DNA from: a virus
Lineage: Duplodnaviria > Caudoviricetes
DNA: 54,185 nucleotides
Virus record (IMG/VR): IMGVR_UViG_3300017651_000176
Coordinates: 1-54,185 of that record
Strand: one strand, 5' to 3'
Part shown: one piece after another, positions 34,191 to 44,796 of the stretch
How the letters are laid out: each line of letters begins with the position of its first letter
How positions within the stretch are numbered: position 1 is the first letter of the stretch
The notes under the pieces: model-generated
Database searches by the model: none
Told to the model about the DNA's origin: nothing
Seen by the model: the letters and a program-made list of their open reading frames with translations, nothing else
Position numbers and translations under genes: made by a program

Positions 34191-35309
34191 ATGGCAAAGA
34201 AGGCTTGGTATTCGATCTCCGCCAAGGCGCAGGGTGAGAAAAAGTCGGTCGAGATCCGAATCTACGACGAGATCGGATTCTGGGGAACCACTGCAGAGGC
34301 GTTCGCGGTAGAGCTGGACGCCGCGGCAGCCGAGGCCGCGGAGATCGTCGTCTCGCTGAATAGCCCCGGCGGTGATGTGTTCGATGCGTTCACCATCTAC
34401 AACGCGCTGCGGCGTTATGCCGGGAAGGTGACCACTCGGGTGGATGGCGTTGCCGCATCCGCAGCCTCGCTGATTGCGATGGCGGGCGATCAGCTCATCA
34501 TGCCCGAGAATGCCCAGCTGATGATCCATAACGCATGGGTCATCACCGGGGGCACAGCGGAGGACCTGCGGAAAACAGCGGACATGATGGACAAGATCCG
34601 CGATGGCGTTGTTGCCGCCTACGCTCGCAAGAGCGGGCTCGACGCGGAGCGGATCATCGAAATGATGGACGAGACGACGTGGATGTCGGCGCTCGAAGCC
34701 CAGGCGCTGGGCTTCTGCGACATGCTCGAGGAGCCGGTCCGATTGCAAATGTCGGATAGCGCCGCCGCGGTGCTGGAAAAACACAAGAATCTGCCCGAAG
34801 ACGTGAAAGCCATGCTCAAGGCGCAGGAGGAAGGTGGCCCCGGGCCTGCGCCCGCACCGGAGCCGGAACCCGAACCCGCTCCCGAGCCCGAGCCCGAGCC
34901 CGCACCGGAGCCCGAGCCCAAGCCGGCTCCGGCTGCAGACGCACCGACGGCTTCTGCGCTGGCCGCTCGCGTCTATGCGTCCTGCAGGCAAGAAGGCATT
35001 CCCGAACTGGCCGAGGGCGTGCTGCTTACAGGCGCGCTGGACAGTATCGAACTGGCGGATCAGCGCGTGGCGCACGCCAAAGAGATCGCTGGTATCTGCC
35101 TGGCCGCCAAGCTGCCGGAGAAGGCCGCTGGGTTTGTCTCGGCGGGTCTCAGTGTCGAGCAAGTGCGCGCGCGCCTGTTCGATCAGCTTCTGGCCGGCGA
35201 GGCCGACTCGATCAATAACCGTCAACCCACCAATTCATCGGCCCCGAAGCAGAGCGGGCCGAATCCCCAGGCGATCTACGCCAAACGAAAAGCCCTCTCT
35301 GCCAACTAG
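34191..35309 (+). CDS. ClpP-type head maturation protease/scaffold
   Basis: NSPGGDVFD, AASAAS, MIHN, ETWMSA; Pro-Glu linker. Confidence 0.92.
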   Translation: MAKKAWYSISAKAQGEKKSVEIRIYDEIGFWGTTAEAFAVELDAAAAEAAEIVVSLNSPGGDVFDAFTIYNALRRYAGKVTTRVDGVAASAASLIAMAGDQLIMPENAQLMIHNAWVITGGTAEDLRKTADMMDKIRDGVVAAYARKSGLDAERIIEMMDETTWMSALEAQALGFCDMLEEPVRLQMSDSAAAVLEKHKNLPEDVKAMLKAQEEGGPGPAPAPEPEPEPAPEPEPEPAPEPEPKPAPAADAPTASALAARVYASCRQEGIPELAEGVLLTGALDSIELADQRVAHAKEIAGICLAAKLPEKAAGFVSAGLSVEQVRARLFDQLLAGEADSINNRQPTNSSAPKQSGPNPQAIYAKRKALSAN

Positions 35310-35320
35310 GAGCCAGCACC

Positions 35321-35671
35321 ATGCCCTTCATCCATCAACAGGCCCGGACGGCCGATTTCATCCTCTCCGAAGCTAACGGCCAACGCTCGCGCGAAAACGC
35401 GCTGCTCGCCGCCACCCTCGTCACGCTGGCCGCGGGCCAACTCCTCACGCTGGGGGGCGACGGCAAGTATGTCGTTTACTCCGGGCCGGGGGCAGACCCC
35501 GACGCACCGATCACCGCCGACGCCGTGCTGTACAGCAATGTCCCCGCGTCCGACGCGGATCAGCAAATCGTCGTCATCGCGCGTGACGCGGAGCTGGCCG
35601 GCGAACTTCTCGTCGGCGTGGACGCGCCCGCGCGCGTAGCCCTGGGGGCGGCCGGCATCATCGTTCGCTGA
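35321..35671 (+). CDS. Head decoration protein
   Basis: FILSEANGQRSRE; position before capsid. Confidence 0.85.
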   Translation: MPFIHQQARTADFILSEANGQRSRENALLAATLVTLAAGQLLTLGGDGKYVVYSGPGADPDAPITADAVLYSNVPASDADQQIVVIARDAELAGELLVGVDAPARVALGAAGIIVR

Positions 35672-35747
35672 TCCTCACCTATACAAATCCATCTTTCCAA
35701 CATCTGCGGCCGCCTCCGGGCGGCCGATTCTATTTCTGGAGCCTTAC

Positions 35748-36749
35748 ATGGCCGATATCAATATCTTTCAAGACGAGAAATTCACGGTTTCCGCCTTGAC
35801 CGCCGCCATCAACGAGCAGCAGAGCATCCCGGGCCGCATCGGCAAGCTGGGCCTTTACTCGGAAGAGGGCGTTTCGTCCACCGTCGTGCAAATCGAATAC
35901 GACGGTCAGAAGCTGGGTCTGATCCCGGCCAAGCCCCGTGGCGGCGTCGGCGAATCCGTCATTCTGGCTGGCCGCAAGATGATTCCGTTCAACACCGTGC
36001 ACTTGCCGGCACGTTCCACGATGCTGGCGGACGAGATCCAGGGCATCCGCGCGTTCGGGAGCCAATCGGAGCTGGAATCGGCCGAAGCGCGGGTCGCCAA
36101 GTACCAGAAGAAGCACCGCCAACAACTGGACCTGACGCACGAGTACCAGCGCGTCGGCGCCATCAAGGGGCTGATCCTGGATGCGGACGGCACTTCGGTG
36201 CTGCTGGACGTCTATCAGTCGTTCGGGATCGTGCAGCAGGAATTCGCCATGGACCTGACGAATGCCGGCACCATCGTTCGCCAGAAGTCGGACGATGTCG
36301 TGGACCTGATCGAGGATGAGCTGGGGGCGACGCCGACCAGCGGCGTTCGCGCGCTGTGCGGCAAGAACTTCTGGAAGACGCTGATCAACCACAAGAGCGT
36401 GCGCGAGACCTACCTGAATACCGCGCAGGCGGCCGAACTGCGGGGCAAGCCGGCCGACTCCTTCGAGATCGGCGGCATCACCTACGAACGCTACCGCGGC
36501 AAACTGGGTGGCAACCCCTTCATCGGCGACGAGGTGGCCTACGCCTTTCCCGATGGTGTGCCCGACTTCTTCATCACCCGTTTCGCGCCGGCCGACTATA
36601 TGGAAACCGTCAATACCGACGGCCTGCCGTACTACACGCGGGTCGAGCCGCTGAAGTTCGGCAAGGGGCTCGAGATCGAAAGCCAGTCGAACCCGCTGCA
36701 CCTGCCGACGCGCCCCAAAGCCATCATCAAACTGAAGATGGGTGCCTAA
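35748..36749 (+). CDS. Major capsid protein (gpE family)
   Basis: FTVSALTAAIN...FAPADYMETVNT...QSNPL. Confidence 0.93.
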   Translation: MADINIFQDEKFTVSALTAAINEQQSIPGRIGKLGLYSEEGVSSTVVQIEYDGQKLGLIPAKPRGGVGESVILAGRKMIPFNTVHLPARSTMLADEIQGIRAFGSQSELESAEARVAKYQKKHRQQLDLTHEYQRVGAIKGLILDADGTSVLLDVYQSFGIVQQEFAMDLTNAGTIVRQKSDDVVDLIEDELGATPTSGVRALCGKNFWKTLINHKSVRETYLNTAQAAELRGKPADSFEIGGITYERYRGKLGGNPFIGDEVAYAFPDGVPDFFITRFAPADYMETVNTDGLPYYTRVEPLKFGKGLEIESQSNPLHLPTRPKAIIKLKMGA

Positions 36750-36753
36750 GGCC

Positions 36754-37059
36754 ATGGAATGGGATAACTCCGTGTTTGATGATGCCTTCGACGCGGTGGG
36801 GCTGCGCGAGCCGGCGCTGCTGCTGGGCACGGAGCCTCCCGTTCCATTCAAGGTGCGGTTCGACCGCCCGCAGGTCATCGACGAAGGGGATCTGGTGCAT
36901 TCGACCGACTATGAAATCGAGTACACCACTGCCGACGCACCCGGCCTGGTGTATCACAGCCAGGTGGAAATCGCAGGTATCCGCTACCGGGTCCGTCAGG
37001 AGCCTACGGCGGTGGGCGACGGATTCTGGTCGCGCGCGATGCTGGAGCGCCTGCCATGA
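36754..37059 (+). CDS. Head-tail joining protein (FII-like)
   Basis: Position and beta-rich pattern. Confidence 0.7.
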   Translation: MEWDNSVFDDAFDAVGLREPALLLGTEPPVPFKVRFDRPQVIDEGDLVHSTDYEIEYTTADAPGLVYHSQVEIAGIRYRVRQEPTAVGDGFWSRAMLERLP

Positions 37060-37475
37060 CTACCCTGGCAATGCAGTACGTCGAGGACCTGCGCGCCGCC
37101 CTCAAGGCGGCACCCGGCTTTCCCGCCGAGGTCGAATCCTCGCCGGTACGGGCAGTCGCCAGGGAAGCCCCGATGGTGATCTCCGTGCAGTTGGGCGGAG
37201 AGTCAGTGGAGAGCATCAACCCTCCACGCGTAACGCGCGTACGCGAGATCCACATCCTCGTTCACACGGCAGGCGACGACCATCAGGCCCTTGCCGAAAA
37301 GGTGTTCGAGCTGGCCCACCCAGTCGTTATGGCTTACGACGGCCCCAACGTGGTTGAAGTGCTCGAGTTTGGCACCGATGAGCCGAAGTATGTCAATGGC
37401 GACCTGCGGCGGCAGGTTGTGAACAAGCGGTATCGAATTACCTACCAAACCGACGAGCATGCTTTGGACCGGTAA
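37056..37475 (+). CDS. Tail terminator-like protein
   Basis: Position before tube; YRITYQT C-terminus. Confidence 0.6.
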   Translation: MTTLAMQYVEDLRAALKAAPGFPAEVESSPVRAVAREAPMVISVQLGGESVESINPPRVTRVREIHILVHTAGDDHQALAEKVFELAHPVVMAYDGPNVVEVLEFGTDEPKYVNGDLRRQVVNKRYRITYQTDEHALDR

Positions 37476-37490
37476 GTTCCTGGAGAAATC

Positions 37491-37682
37491 ATGAGCAAAA
37501 TCAAGACGGTGGCCGACGAAGAGCAGATCGTGCCGGCCACCAGCGCGTCGGCGGCGCCGGCGCCTGTGTCCAGCGCTCCCGACGAGCACCACGGTCGCGG
37601 CGGCACCTATCTGCGCGATCCGGTTACCGGTGAGCGGGTCCTGGTTCAGCGGACCGCACCCTGCGCCAACTGCCAGGCCTGA
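37491..37682 (+). CDS. Small phage protein
   Basis: GRGGTYLRDPVTGERVLVQRT; RBS GGAG. Confidence 0.65.
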   Translation: MSKIKTVADEEQIVPATSASAAPAPVSSAPDEHHGRGGTYLRDPVTGERVLVQRTAPCANCQA

Positions 37683-37736
37683 TAGGGCTGGCGCATCACA
37701 AATAGGCCCTGTCGGGGCCATCGTTTTTTGGAGCCC

Positions 37737-38675
37737 ATGATGGCTAAGAAAACCCGAAAGTCCGTCGTGCTGGCCAAGCTGCAGGCCTCCGGCGGCACCG
37801 ACGCCCAGCCCACGGGCGCCACCGACGCGGTGCTGGTCCGAAACCTGACCGCGACGCCTCTATCCGCCGAGTTCGTAGAGCGCGAACTGCTGCGACCCTA
37901 TATGGGTAATTCCGGCCAGGTCGCCGTAACCCAGTACGCGCAACTGGAATTCGAAGTCGAATTGGCCGGCTCGGGCGCGCCCGGGACTGCACCCGGCTGG
38001 GGGCCGCTGTTGCGGGCCAGCGGATTCGCCGAGACGATCACCGAAGCCACGGACGTTCGCTACCTGCCCGTGTCCGATGACTTCGAGCTGATTACCCTGC
38101 ACTACTTCCTGGACGGACTGTTCCACAAGATCGTGGACGCCCGCGGAACCGTGGCGATCGACCTGACCGCCAAAAGCATTCCGGTGTTGCGCTATCGCTT
38201 CATGGGGGCATACCAGCCCATCACCGATGGCGCGATGCCGGCGGGGGTGAACTTCGAAGCCTTCCAGATCCCGAAGGCGGTGAACAAGGCAAACACTCCC
38301 GTCTGGTCGCTGGGCACCTACACGGGGTGCCTGCAGTCCATGTCGTTCGATATCGCGAACCAACTGGTATGGCGCACGCTCATCGGCTGCGAGGGGGCCG
38401 AGATCACGGACCGCAAGCCGACCGGAAAGCTGTCCCTCGAGCTGCCGCGCATCGCCGACCTGAACTGGCCGGACATGGTCCTTTCCGGCGCGGGTTCCCC
38501 GCTGTCGATCACCCATGGCGTGGCCGCGGGCCACATGGTGCAGATCAACGCGAAGGCGTCCCAGCTGACCAACCCGACGTATTCCGACCAGGACGGCGTG
38601 GCGATGCTCAACCTAAATATGAACATCAACCCCGGCGCCGTCGGCAACGACGAGCTGGAGATCGTCGTCAAGTAG
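37737..38675 (+). CDS. Tail tube protein
   Basis: 312 aa before chaperones; GNDELEI C-terminus. Confidence 0.85.
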   Translation: MMAKKTRKSVVLAKLQASGGTDAQPTGATDAVLVRNLTATPLSAEFVERELLRPYMGNSGQVAVTQYAQLEFEVELAGSGAPGTAPGWGPLLRASGFAETITEATDVRYLPVSDDFELITLHYFLDGLFHKIVDARGTVAIDLTAKSIPVLRYRFMGAYQPITDGAMPAGVNFEAFQIPKAVNKANTPVWSLGTYTGCLQSMSFDIANQLVWRTLIGCEGAEITDRKPTGKLSLELPRIADLNWPDMVLSGAGSPLSITHGVAAGHMVQINAKASQLTNPTYSDQDGVAMLNLNMNINPGAVGNDELEIVVK

Positions 38676-38712
38676 CCCCGCTAGATCGGGAACCCCCTCC
38701 CGCCATTCCACC

Positions 38713-38739
38713 ACGCCCGGCCCATGCCGGGCGTTTTCT
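38713..38739 (+). terminator. Terminator after tail tube gene
   Basis: ACGCCCGGC-CCAT-GCCGGGCGT-TTTCT. Confidence 0.7.
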
Positions 38740-38755
38740 ATTCTGGAGAGATCTC

Positions 38756-39166
38756 ATGTCCTTCGTCGCAACGCGTCGCCCGATCGCGGCCTTCCCGCTG
38801 AGCATCATTGTCAATGGTGCGAATGGCGATCCCGTCACGATCGAGTTCGTCGCGCAATACCACCGGCATTCCCCGGAACAACTGGCCGATCTGCGGGACG
38901 GCATGGCGAACAATGTTCGAGCCGCCCAGGGCTTGGACCCGATCGTCCGGCCCGGCGGGCATGCGCCCGCCTATCCCTACAACAGCGACATCGAGTTCAT
39001 CAAAGACAAGATGGCCGGCTGGCTCGGGGTCAGGGACGCCATGGGTGATTCGATCCCCTTCGGCGAGGATTCGTTGAAGCGCGTGCTGGAGGACTGGCCG
39101 GAACTGGTCGTCCCCTTGCACAACGGCTTCTTTTCCGCCCATGAAGGGGCCAAGCAAAAAAACTAA
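38756..39166 (+). CDS. Tail assembly chaperone (gpG-like)
   Basis: Ends QKN-stop on slippery A-AAA-AAC. Confidence 0.85.
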   Translation: MSFVATRRPIAAFPLSIIVNGANGDPVTIEFVAQYHRHSPEQLADLRDGMANNVRAAQGLDPIVRPGGHAPAYPYNSDIEFIKDKMAGWLGVRDAMGDSIPFGEDSLKRVLEDWPELVVPLHNGFFSAHEGAKQKN

Positions 39167-39552
39167 TCGAGGCCGCCAAGTACTGGGCTAGTGGAGCGCA
39201 GTCATCGGGCGATGACTTCGACGCTGATGACGAGGTGCTGGCGGCACTGCGGGCGGCCGGCGCGCCGCAGGAAGTACTCGAAGCAGCCAGGCCGGCCCGT
39301 GAGCAGCAGGCGATGGCCTTCGAGGTATGGCCGGAGAACTGGGCAACGCTGGAAGCGTTCCTTGCGCTCGGGCGGTGCTGGACCTGGGTTGCGCCCGCCA
39401 TGGGGGACCCCGTGCGGGTCGGCATACCGACGGCCGAAATTGAATCGACGTTGCGTTTGCTTCGGGTGAAGCGGCGCGCCCGTCGCGAAATCTTCATGGA
39501 GCTCAGGGCGATGGAGCAGGCCGCCATTGAGATCTTTGACAGTAAGGGATAG
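39157..39552 (+). CDS. gpT-like -1 frameshift extension (DUF1799-like)
   Basis: -1 frame open from slippery site: KKLIEAAKYWAS...FEVWPENW...LRAMEQAA. Confidence 0.8.
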   Translation, partial: KKLIEAAKYWASGAQSSGDDFDADDEVLAALRAAGAPQEVLEAARPAREQQAMAFEVWPENWATLEAFLALGRCWTWVAPAMGDPVRVGIPTAEIESTLRLLRVKRRARREIFMELRAMEQAAIEIFDSKG

Positions 39553-39573
39553 GCGCAACGCCGAATATCGGAA

Positions 39574-42573
39574 ATGACGGAAAAGACTCTTGGCGTTCGG
39601 CTCACCGGCGACGAGGCGGACCTGCTGCGCGCGTTCGGCGCGGGCAGCGCCGCTTCGGCTCAGTTCGCCGCCAAGACCGAGACCGCGCTTGGACGTGCAG
39701 CCGCGGCCGCGGAGCGCATGGGCGCGTCCTCGTCTCAAATGTCGGTGTCGGTGAACGCCGCTTCCGCGGGTGCCCAGGCCTACGCGACGGCCGGCGACCG
39801 CTTTCTGCAAAGCCTTGAGCGCCAGGCGCAGGCCATCGGGAAGACCCGCTCCGAACTGCTGGAGCTGCGCGCGGCTGAGCTGGGCGTGGCTGGTCAGGCA
39901 GCGCCTCTGATCGGGCAGATGAGGGCGCAGGAGGCCGCGCTGAACGCTGGGTCTGCGGCGTTGAACAAGCACGGTAAGACCGCTGGGGAGACGGCCGCGG
40001 CTATGCGCGGTGTTCCCGCACAGATCACGGACATTGTCGTATCGCTGCAGAGCGGTCAGCAGCCGATGACCGTCATGCTGCAGCAGGGCGGGCAGCTCAA
40101 AGATATGTTCGGCGGCATCGTGCCCGCGGCGCGCGCGCTCGGCTCGACGCTGATGGCCATGGTGAACCCGTACACGCTGGTAGCGGGTGCTGCGGTGGCG
40201 CTTGGCATAGCGGCATACCAAGGCCACGAAGAGACCGAACGATTCAATCGGACGATCAGGCTCACCGGCAACTACGCCGGCGTCACAGCGGGCGGCATCC
40301 GGGAGATGTCGGCGGCTGTCGCGCAGTTGGGTGGCGGTGGTCTGGGCAAGGCGCGCCAAGCGGTGGAATCGTTGGTTGCGACGGGCCAGATCTCGAAGGA
40401 CACAATTTCGAACCTGGGCGCCACGATGGTGGAGCTGCAGCGGGTGTCCGGCCAATCCATGGATGATATTTCCAAGGATTTTGCAAGGATGCCGGAAGGC
40501 GTCACGAAGTGGGCGGAAGAGCACAACCGCTCCATGAACTTCATGACGCTCGCCCAGTGGGACTACATCCGGTCATTGGAGGAGGCTGGCAACCGCGAAG
40601 CGGCGATGCAGGCTACTTCACAGGCGTTGCACGACTACCTCGGTACAGAGGCCGCCCAGCGTGTGGGCGTGCTGGAACGCGCATGGCGTGGCCTTAAAGG
40701 GGAGATCTCCGGCGCCTGGGAGGCGATGAAGGCGTTTGGCCGCGACGCCACGCTGGACGATCAGATCCGGGAGGTTGAGGATCGCATCCGGAAGCGTGAA
40801 CAACGCTTGGAGCGTGGGGCGCTCACTGATGTAAATCGCCGCCGGACGGAGATGAATCTGGCGTCGGATCGAGCCGAGCTTTCGTCGCTCCGGGACCAGA
40901 AAGGTGTAGAAGACGCCACCGCGCAAGTCAAAGGCCTGAACGCGGGGGCGCAAAAGGCTGCAATCGAGGCCAGGAAAGAGCTTTTGAAGCTTGGCCTGGC
41001 TGCAGACAAAGGAAAGCAGCGCGAAGATGCGCTGAAGCAGCTGGATTCCTGGGTTACTGAGATCAAGAAAGTAAGTCCCAATGATCCAGACATCGAGCCA
41101 CAGAAAATTGAGGCGCTAAAGGCTCACCTCCGGAAGCAGTTTGAAGACAAGGGCGCTAGCGCTGCCGCCCAGAATGGAATTTCCGCCCAGTTGGCCGCAA
41201 TGCAGGCGCAGGCGCGGCTGCGCGAGGAGGCGCTACGGCAGGAAAACACGCGCCTGGAGGGTGAGCGCGCCCGCGGCCTGCTGTCCGAAGAGCAGTTCAT
41301 CCACAGGCGTGCCGAGGCTCAGCGCGCTGCATTGCAGGACGAGCTCGAGCTTGCCCGCAGGCAGGCCGAGATCGCCGGCGGCAAGAAGCAGTTGGCCGAG
41401 CGGGAACGCTACCTCGGCCGGGTAAAGGAGCTGGAGGCCCAGATCGTGCGATCGCACGAGCAAGAGGCCACGGACATCGAGAAGTACCAGGAGAAGATCC
41501 GGGGGGCATTGCGGACCACCCAGCTCGACATCCAGAACTACCAGGAATCGCGCGATCTGCAGGCTAGCCGGCAGATCAATGCGATGACCCTCGGGGCGAA
41601 TGACCGCGCGTTGGTCGATTCGATCAATCAGGCGCAAGACCGCTTCCGGCGAATCCGTGACGGCTTCACGGACAAGATGTTGCGCGAGGGCGGCGCGGGA
41701 GCGCTGGACTCGGAGCAATACCAGCAGGGCATTGCTGAAATCGACGCTGCCATGCTGGCTCAGGTTGAGCGTGAGCGCGGTTACATGCAGCAGCGCGTCG
41801 CTCTCCAGGCCGACTGGAAGAATGGCGCGCTGCTGGCCGTCAACGAGTGGGTCGACGGCGCGGCCAACCTGATGGGCCAGTCCCAGCAAGTCTTTTCAAC
41901 CCTCTTTTCGGGTATGGAGAACATGGTCGCGTCGTTCGCGACCACCGGGAAGGCGAACTTCGCAGATTTCACCAGAAGCGTACTCGCTGATCTCGCAAAA
42001 ATCGCCGCCCGTCAAGCGATGATGGGATTGGTCACGTCGGTGGCCGGAAGCTTGTTCACGATGGCTTCCGGTGCGGCATGGGGGACGGAGAAAATTGCCA
42101 GCGACGTGCAGGCCTCGGGCGGTGATGGCATCGGATCCCTCATCGCATCGAATGGGTGGGTTGCGAACGCCAAGGGCAATGTCTACACGTCGCCCAGCCT
42201 CTCCACGTACTCCAACGGCGTCTACGACACCCCGCAGGTATTTGCGTTTGCGAAAGGTGCGGGCGTTTTCGCTGAAGCCGGGCCCGAGGCAATTATGCCG
42301 CTGCAGCGCGCCTCGGACGGAAGTCTGGGGGTTAGAGCTCAGATTCCCAACTGGCAGGGCCAGTCACAGGGTGGTTCGGGCGCGGCAGAAATCAACATCA
42401 TCACCACCATCACGATTGCTGATGGGGCCACTACGCAACAGACGAACGACGGTGCCGGAGCGGAGCAGTCGGCGAAGCAATTGGGCGATCTGGTGGTGGC
42501 TCAGGTGCGGTCCACCATCGCGAACGAACTGCGATACGGCGGACTGCTTTACCACACGATGAGGAGGAGCTAG
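39574..42573 (+). CDS. Tail tape measure protein
   Basis: PAQITDIVVSL..GQ.P..V.LQQGGQLKD; helical 999 aa; EAGPEAIMPL. Confidence 0.95.
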   Translation: MTEKTLGVRLTGDEADLLRAFGAGSAASAQFAAKTETALGRAAAAAERMGASSSQMSVSVNAASAGAQAYATAGDRFLQSLERQAQAIGKTRSELLELRAAELGVAGQAAPLIGQMRAQEAALNAGSAALNKHGKTAGETAAAMRGVPAQITDIVVSLQSGQQPMTVMLQQGGQLKDMFGGIVPAARALGSTLMAMVNPYTLVAGAAVALGIAAYQGHEETERFNRTIRLTGNYAGVTAGGIREMSAAVAQLGGGGLGKARQAVESLVATGQISKDTISNLGATMVELQRVSGQSMDDISKDFARMPEGVTKWAEEHNRSMNFMTLAQWDYIRSLEEAGNREAAMQATSQALHDYLGTEAAQRVGVLERAWRGLKGEISGAWEAMKAFGRDATLDDQIREVEDRIRKREQRLERGALTDVNRRRTEMNLASDRAELSSLRDQKGVEDATAQVKGLNAGAQKAAIEARKELLKLGLAADKGKQREDALKQLDSWVTEIKKVSPNDPDIEPQKIEALKAHLRKQFEDKGASAAAQNGISAQLAAMQAQARLREEALRQENTRLEGERARGLLSEEQFIHRRAEAQRAALQDELELARRQAEIAGGKKQLAERERYLGRVKELEAQIVRSHEQEATDIEKYQEKIRGALRTTQLDIQNYQESRDLQASRQINAMTLGANDRALVDSINQAQDRFRRIRDGFTDKMLREGGAGALDSEQYQQGIAEIDAAMLAQVERERGYMQQRVALQADWKNGALLAVNEWVDGAANLMGQSQQVFSTLFSGMENMVASFATTGKANFADFTRSVLADLAKIAARQAMMGLVTSVAGSLFTMASGAAWGTEKIASDVQASGGDGIGSLIASNGWVANAKGNVYTSPSLSTYSNGVYDTPQVFAFAKGAGVFAEAGPEAIMPLQRASDGSLGVRAQIPNWQGQSQGGSGAAEINIITTITIADGATTQQTNDGAGAEQSAKQLGDLVVAQVRSTIANELRYGGLLYHTMRRS

Positions 42574-42575
42574 CG

Positions 42576-42908
42576 ATGGAGACGTTTACCTGGCTCCCGA
42601 GGACCAAGGCCAAGGGCAAAGTCGGGTTCAACACGTTGAGCGCCCAGTTCAACGATGGGTATGCGCAGTTCGCGCAGGATGGAATCAATGCTCGTACCGA
42701 ATCCTGGCCGCTGGAGTTCTTTGGCAAGGAATCCGAAATCAAGCCGATCAAGGAATTTCTTGACCGACATGGAGATTGGAAGCGGTTTCTTTGGGCGCCG
42801 CCTATGGGCCGCGAGTCGCCATTCCGGATGCGCGGGGGATACGAACTCGTCCCCTTGGGAGGTGGTTGGTACACGCTTTCGGTGACCTTCGCCATGCATC
42901 CAGGATAG
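42576..42908 (+). CDS. Minor tail protein M
   Basis: AQFNDGYAQ...DGIN...FLDRH...FLWAPP. Confidence 0.88.
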   Translation: METFTWLPRTKAKGKVGFNTLSAQFNDGYAQFAQDGINARTESWPLEFFGKESEIKPIKEFLDRHGDWKRFLWAPPMGRESPFRMRGGYELVPLGGGWYTLSVTFAMHPG

Positions 42909-43282
42909 GCGAGTAGGACTCAGGGCAGGCGTCGGGTCACTGGAAATGCAGGAGCATTCTTATGAGGGATACGTGGCAAATAATTGTAACGGTTCGTGGC
43001 TCACTTCGAACGAGGTAATGCCGTGATCGCGAATCCACTTATTACGGCTATTAGCAATGCTGGTCAGGACGTGGTTCTGTCTCAGACTGGGCAGCTCGCA
43101 ATGAACATCTCGGCGAGCGCGGTGGCGGAGCAAGCGCGCATCGAGCAGGGATTCCGGAATAGCGATACCAGTTTCTTGCTGCCGCCGCTTGCCCCTCGGC
43201 TGCTGCCTGCTGGGGATTGCCACTGCATCCGCCCGCCCCGGGCTTCGAGATTCGGTGGCCGCCGGAATGGATGGAATACGCA

Positions 43283-44017
43283 ATGACGATCTACGCTGAT
43301 ATTCAGCGCCTGGATGTCGGTGAACTCGTCGATCTCTTCGAGATCGACTTGACGGCATTGGGTGGGGAGCGACTGCGGTTCCACGGCTATCTGCAGGTTG
43401 GCTCAATATACTTCGACGGCCAGGAGTACGAGCCATGGCCTATTCAGGTCGAAGGCTTGGGGCAGACCTACGATGGCCCGCAGCCGACTCCGACTCTTTC
43501 GGTGTCCAACTTGGGCAGCGATGTAAACGGGGATGCGGTGCCCGGGTTCGTGTCTGCCTTATGCCTGCAGTTTCAGGACATGGTAGGTGCAACCGTGACG
43601 GTCCGGCGCACCTTGGGCCGTTACCTGGACCCCGCGAACTTCCCGGACGGCAACCCGGACGCTGATCCGACGCAGCAGTTGGCGCCGCAGCGATGGGAGA
43701 TCGAGTGCCGGCAGGACGAAGATGATTCGGTGGTGTCCTTCGAGTTGGCCAATGTCATGGACGCCGAAGGCGTGCAGATTCCCGATCTGACGGTGCAAGC
43801 AAGTATCTGCCCGTGGGTGCGCAAAGGAGGCTACCGAGGCCCGTACTGCGGCTATACCGGTGCGGCAATGTTCGACCTGGACGACAACCCCACGACCGAC
43901 CCTGCGAAAGACCGATGCCCGGGGCGCCTGTCATCCTGTAGGCTCCGCGCGGCCGGTTTTCCCGACCAGGTCATCAATTTCTCAGGCTGTCCCGCGGCCG
44001 ACAGGATCCGAGCATGA
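43283..44017 (+). CDS. Minor tail protein L
   Basis: LFEIDLT...CPW...YRGPYCGY...DRC...SCRLR. Confidence 0.9.
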   Translation: MTIYADIQRLDVGELVDLFEIDLTALGGERLRFHGYLQVGSIYFDGQEYEPWPIQVEGLGQTYDGPQPTPTLSVSNLGSDVNGDAVPGFVSALCLQFQDMVGATVTVRRTLGRYLDPANFPDGNPDADPTQQLAPQRWEIECRQDEDDSVVSFELANVMDAEGVQIPDLTVQASICPWVRKGGYRGPYCGYTGAAMFDLDDNPTTDPAKDRCPGRLSSCRLRAAGFPDQVINFSGCPAADRIRA

Positions 44018-44796
44018 TTGGCAAAGCGATTATCAAGGCCATGCAGGCGCATGCCGAGAGGGAGTATCCGCGCGAATCGTGCGGTTTTTTGATCCTGAAT
44101 GACGCCGGCGAGACCGAGTACCTTCCCCAGGTCAACCACAGCACAAAGCCTGGTGATCAGTTCGTCATTAAGCCCGAGTGCGCTATGGCGGCTGAGGAAC
44201 ACGGAAAGCTTCTGGCGGTGGTGCATTCCCATCCCGATGGGCCGGAGGGCCCTTCCCCCGGTGATCAGATCGCCTGCAACGCCGGTTCGCTGCCCTGGTA
44301 CATCATTCCAGTGTTTCTCGAAGAGGGCGTTCCACGATCCCGAAACGTAATCGGGATTGCGCCCAAACAAACGGCCGTGCCCCTGATGGGCCGGCCGTTT
44401 TTACATGGGGTCCTGGATTGCTACAGCCTGGGCCGGGATTGGTTCATGCGCGAACGCGGCGTGGTTCTACCCGATCACCCGCGCGCTGACGAATGGTGGG
44501 CCAGAGGCGAGAACCTGTACGTCGACAACCTGGCTCGCGACGGCTGGCGCGTTCTGGCTGAAGGCGAGGCCCTTCAACCCGGGGACATGATCCTGATGCA
44601 GATCGGGTCCGACGTTCCCAATCACGCCGCTTTCTATATGGGAAGCGAGCAGCTTTCCGAGGGGCCAACGATGTACCCCTTGAATGAAGCAATCATCCAT
44701 CACTTCTATGGGCGCCCTTCGGAGCGCGTGCTCTATGGCGGCATGTGGAAGCACTGCACCGCCATGGTCGCCCGCCATGAATCACAGGAAAAATGA
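44014..44796 (+). CDS. Tail assembly protein K (JAB plus NlpC/P60)
   Basis: YPRESCG, HSHP, DCYSL, PNHAA. Confidence 0.92.
   Translation: MIGKAIIKAMQAHAEREYPRESCGFLILNDAGETEYLPQVNHSTKPGDQFVIKPECAMAAEEHGKLLAVVHSHPDGPEGPSPGDQIACNAGSLPWYIIPVFLEEGVPRSRNVIGIAPKQTAVPLMGRPFLHGVLDCYSLGRDWFMRERGVVLPDHPRADEWWARGENLYVDNLARDGWRVLAEGEALQPGDMILMQIGSDVPNHAAFYMGSEQLSEGPTMYPLNEAIIHHFYGRPSERVLYGGMWKHCTAMVARHESQEK

Noticed and set aside
34840-34935. Pro-Glu tandem repeat as a separate element
   Set aside because: Low-complexity linker between protease and scaffold domains
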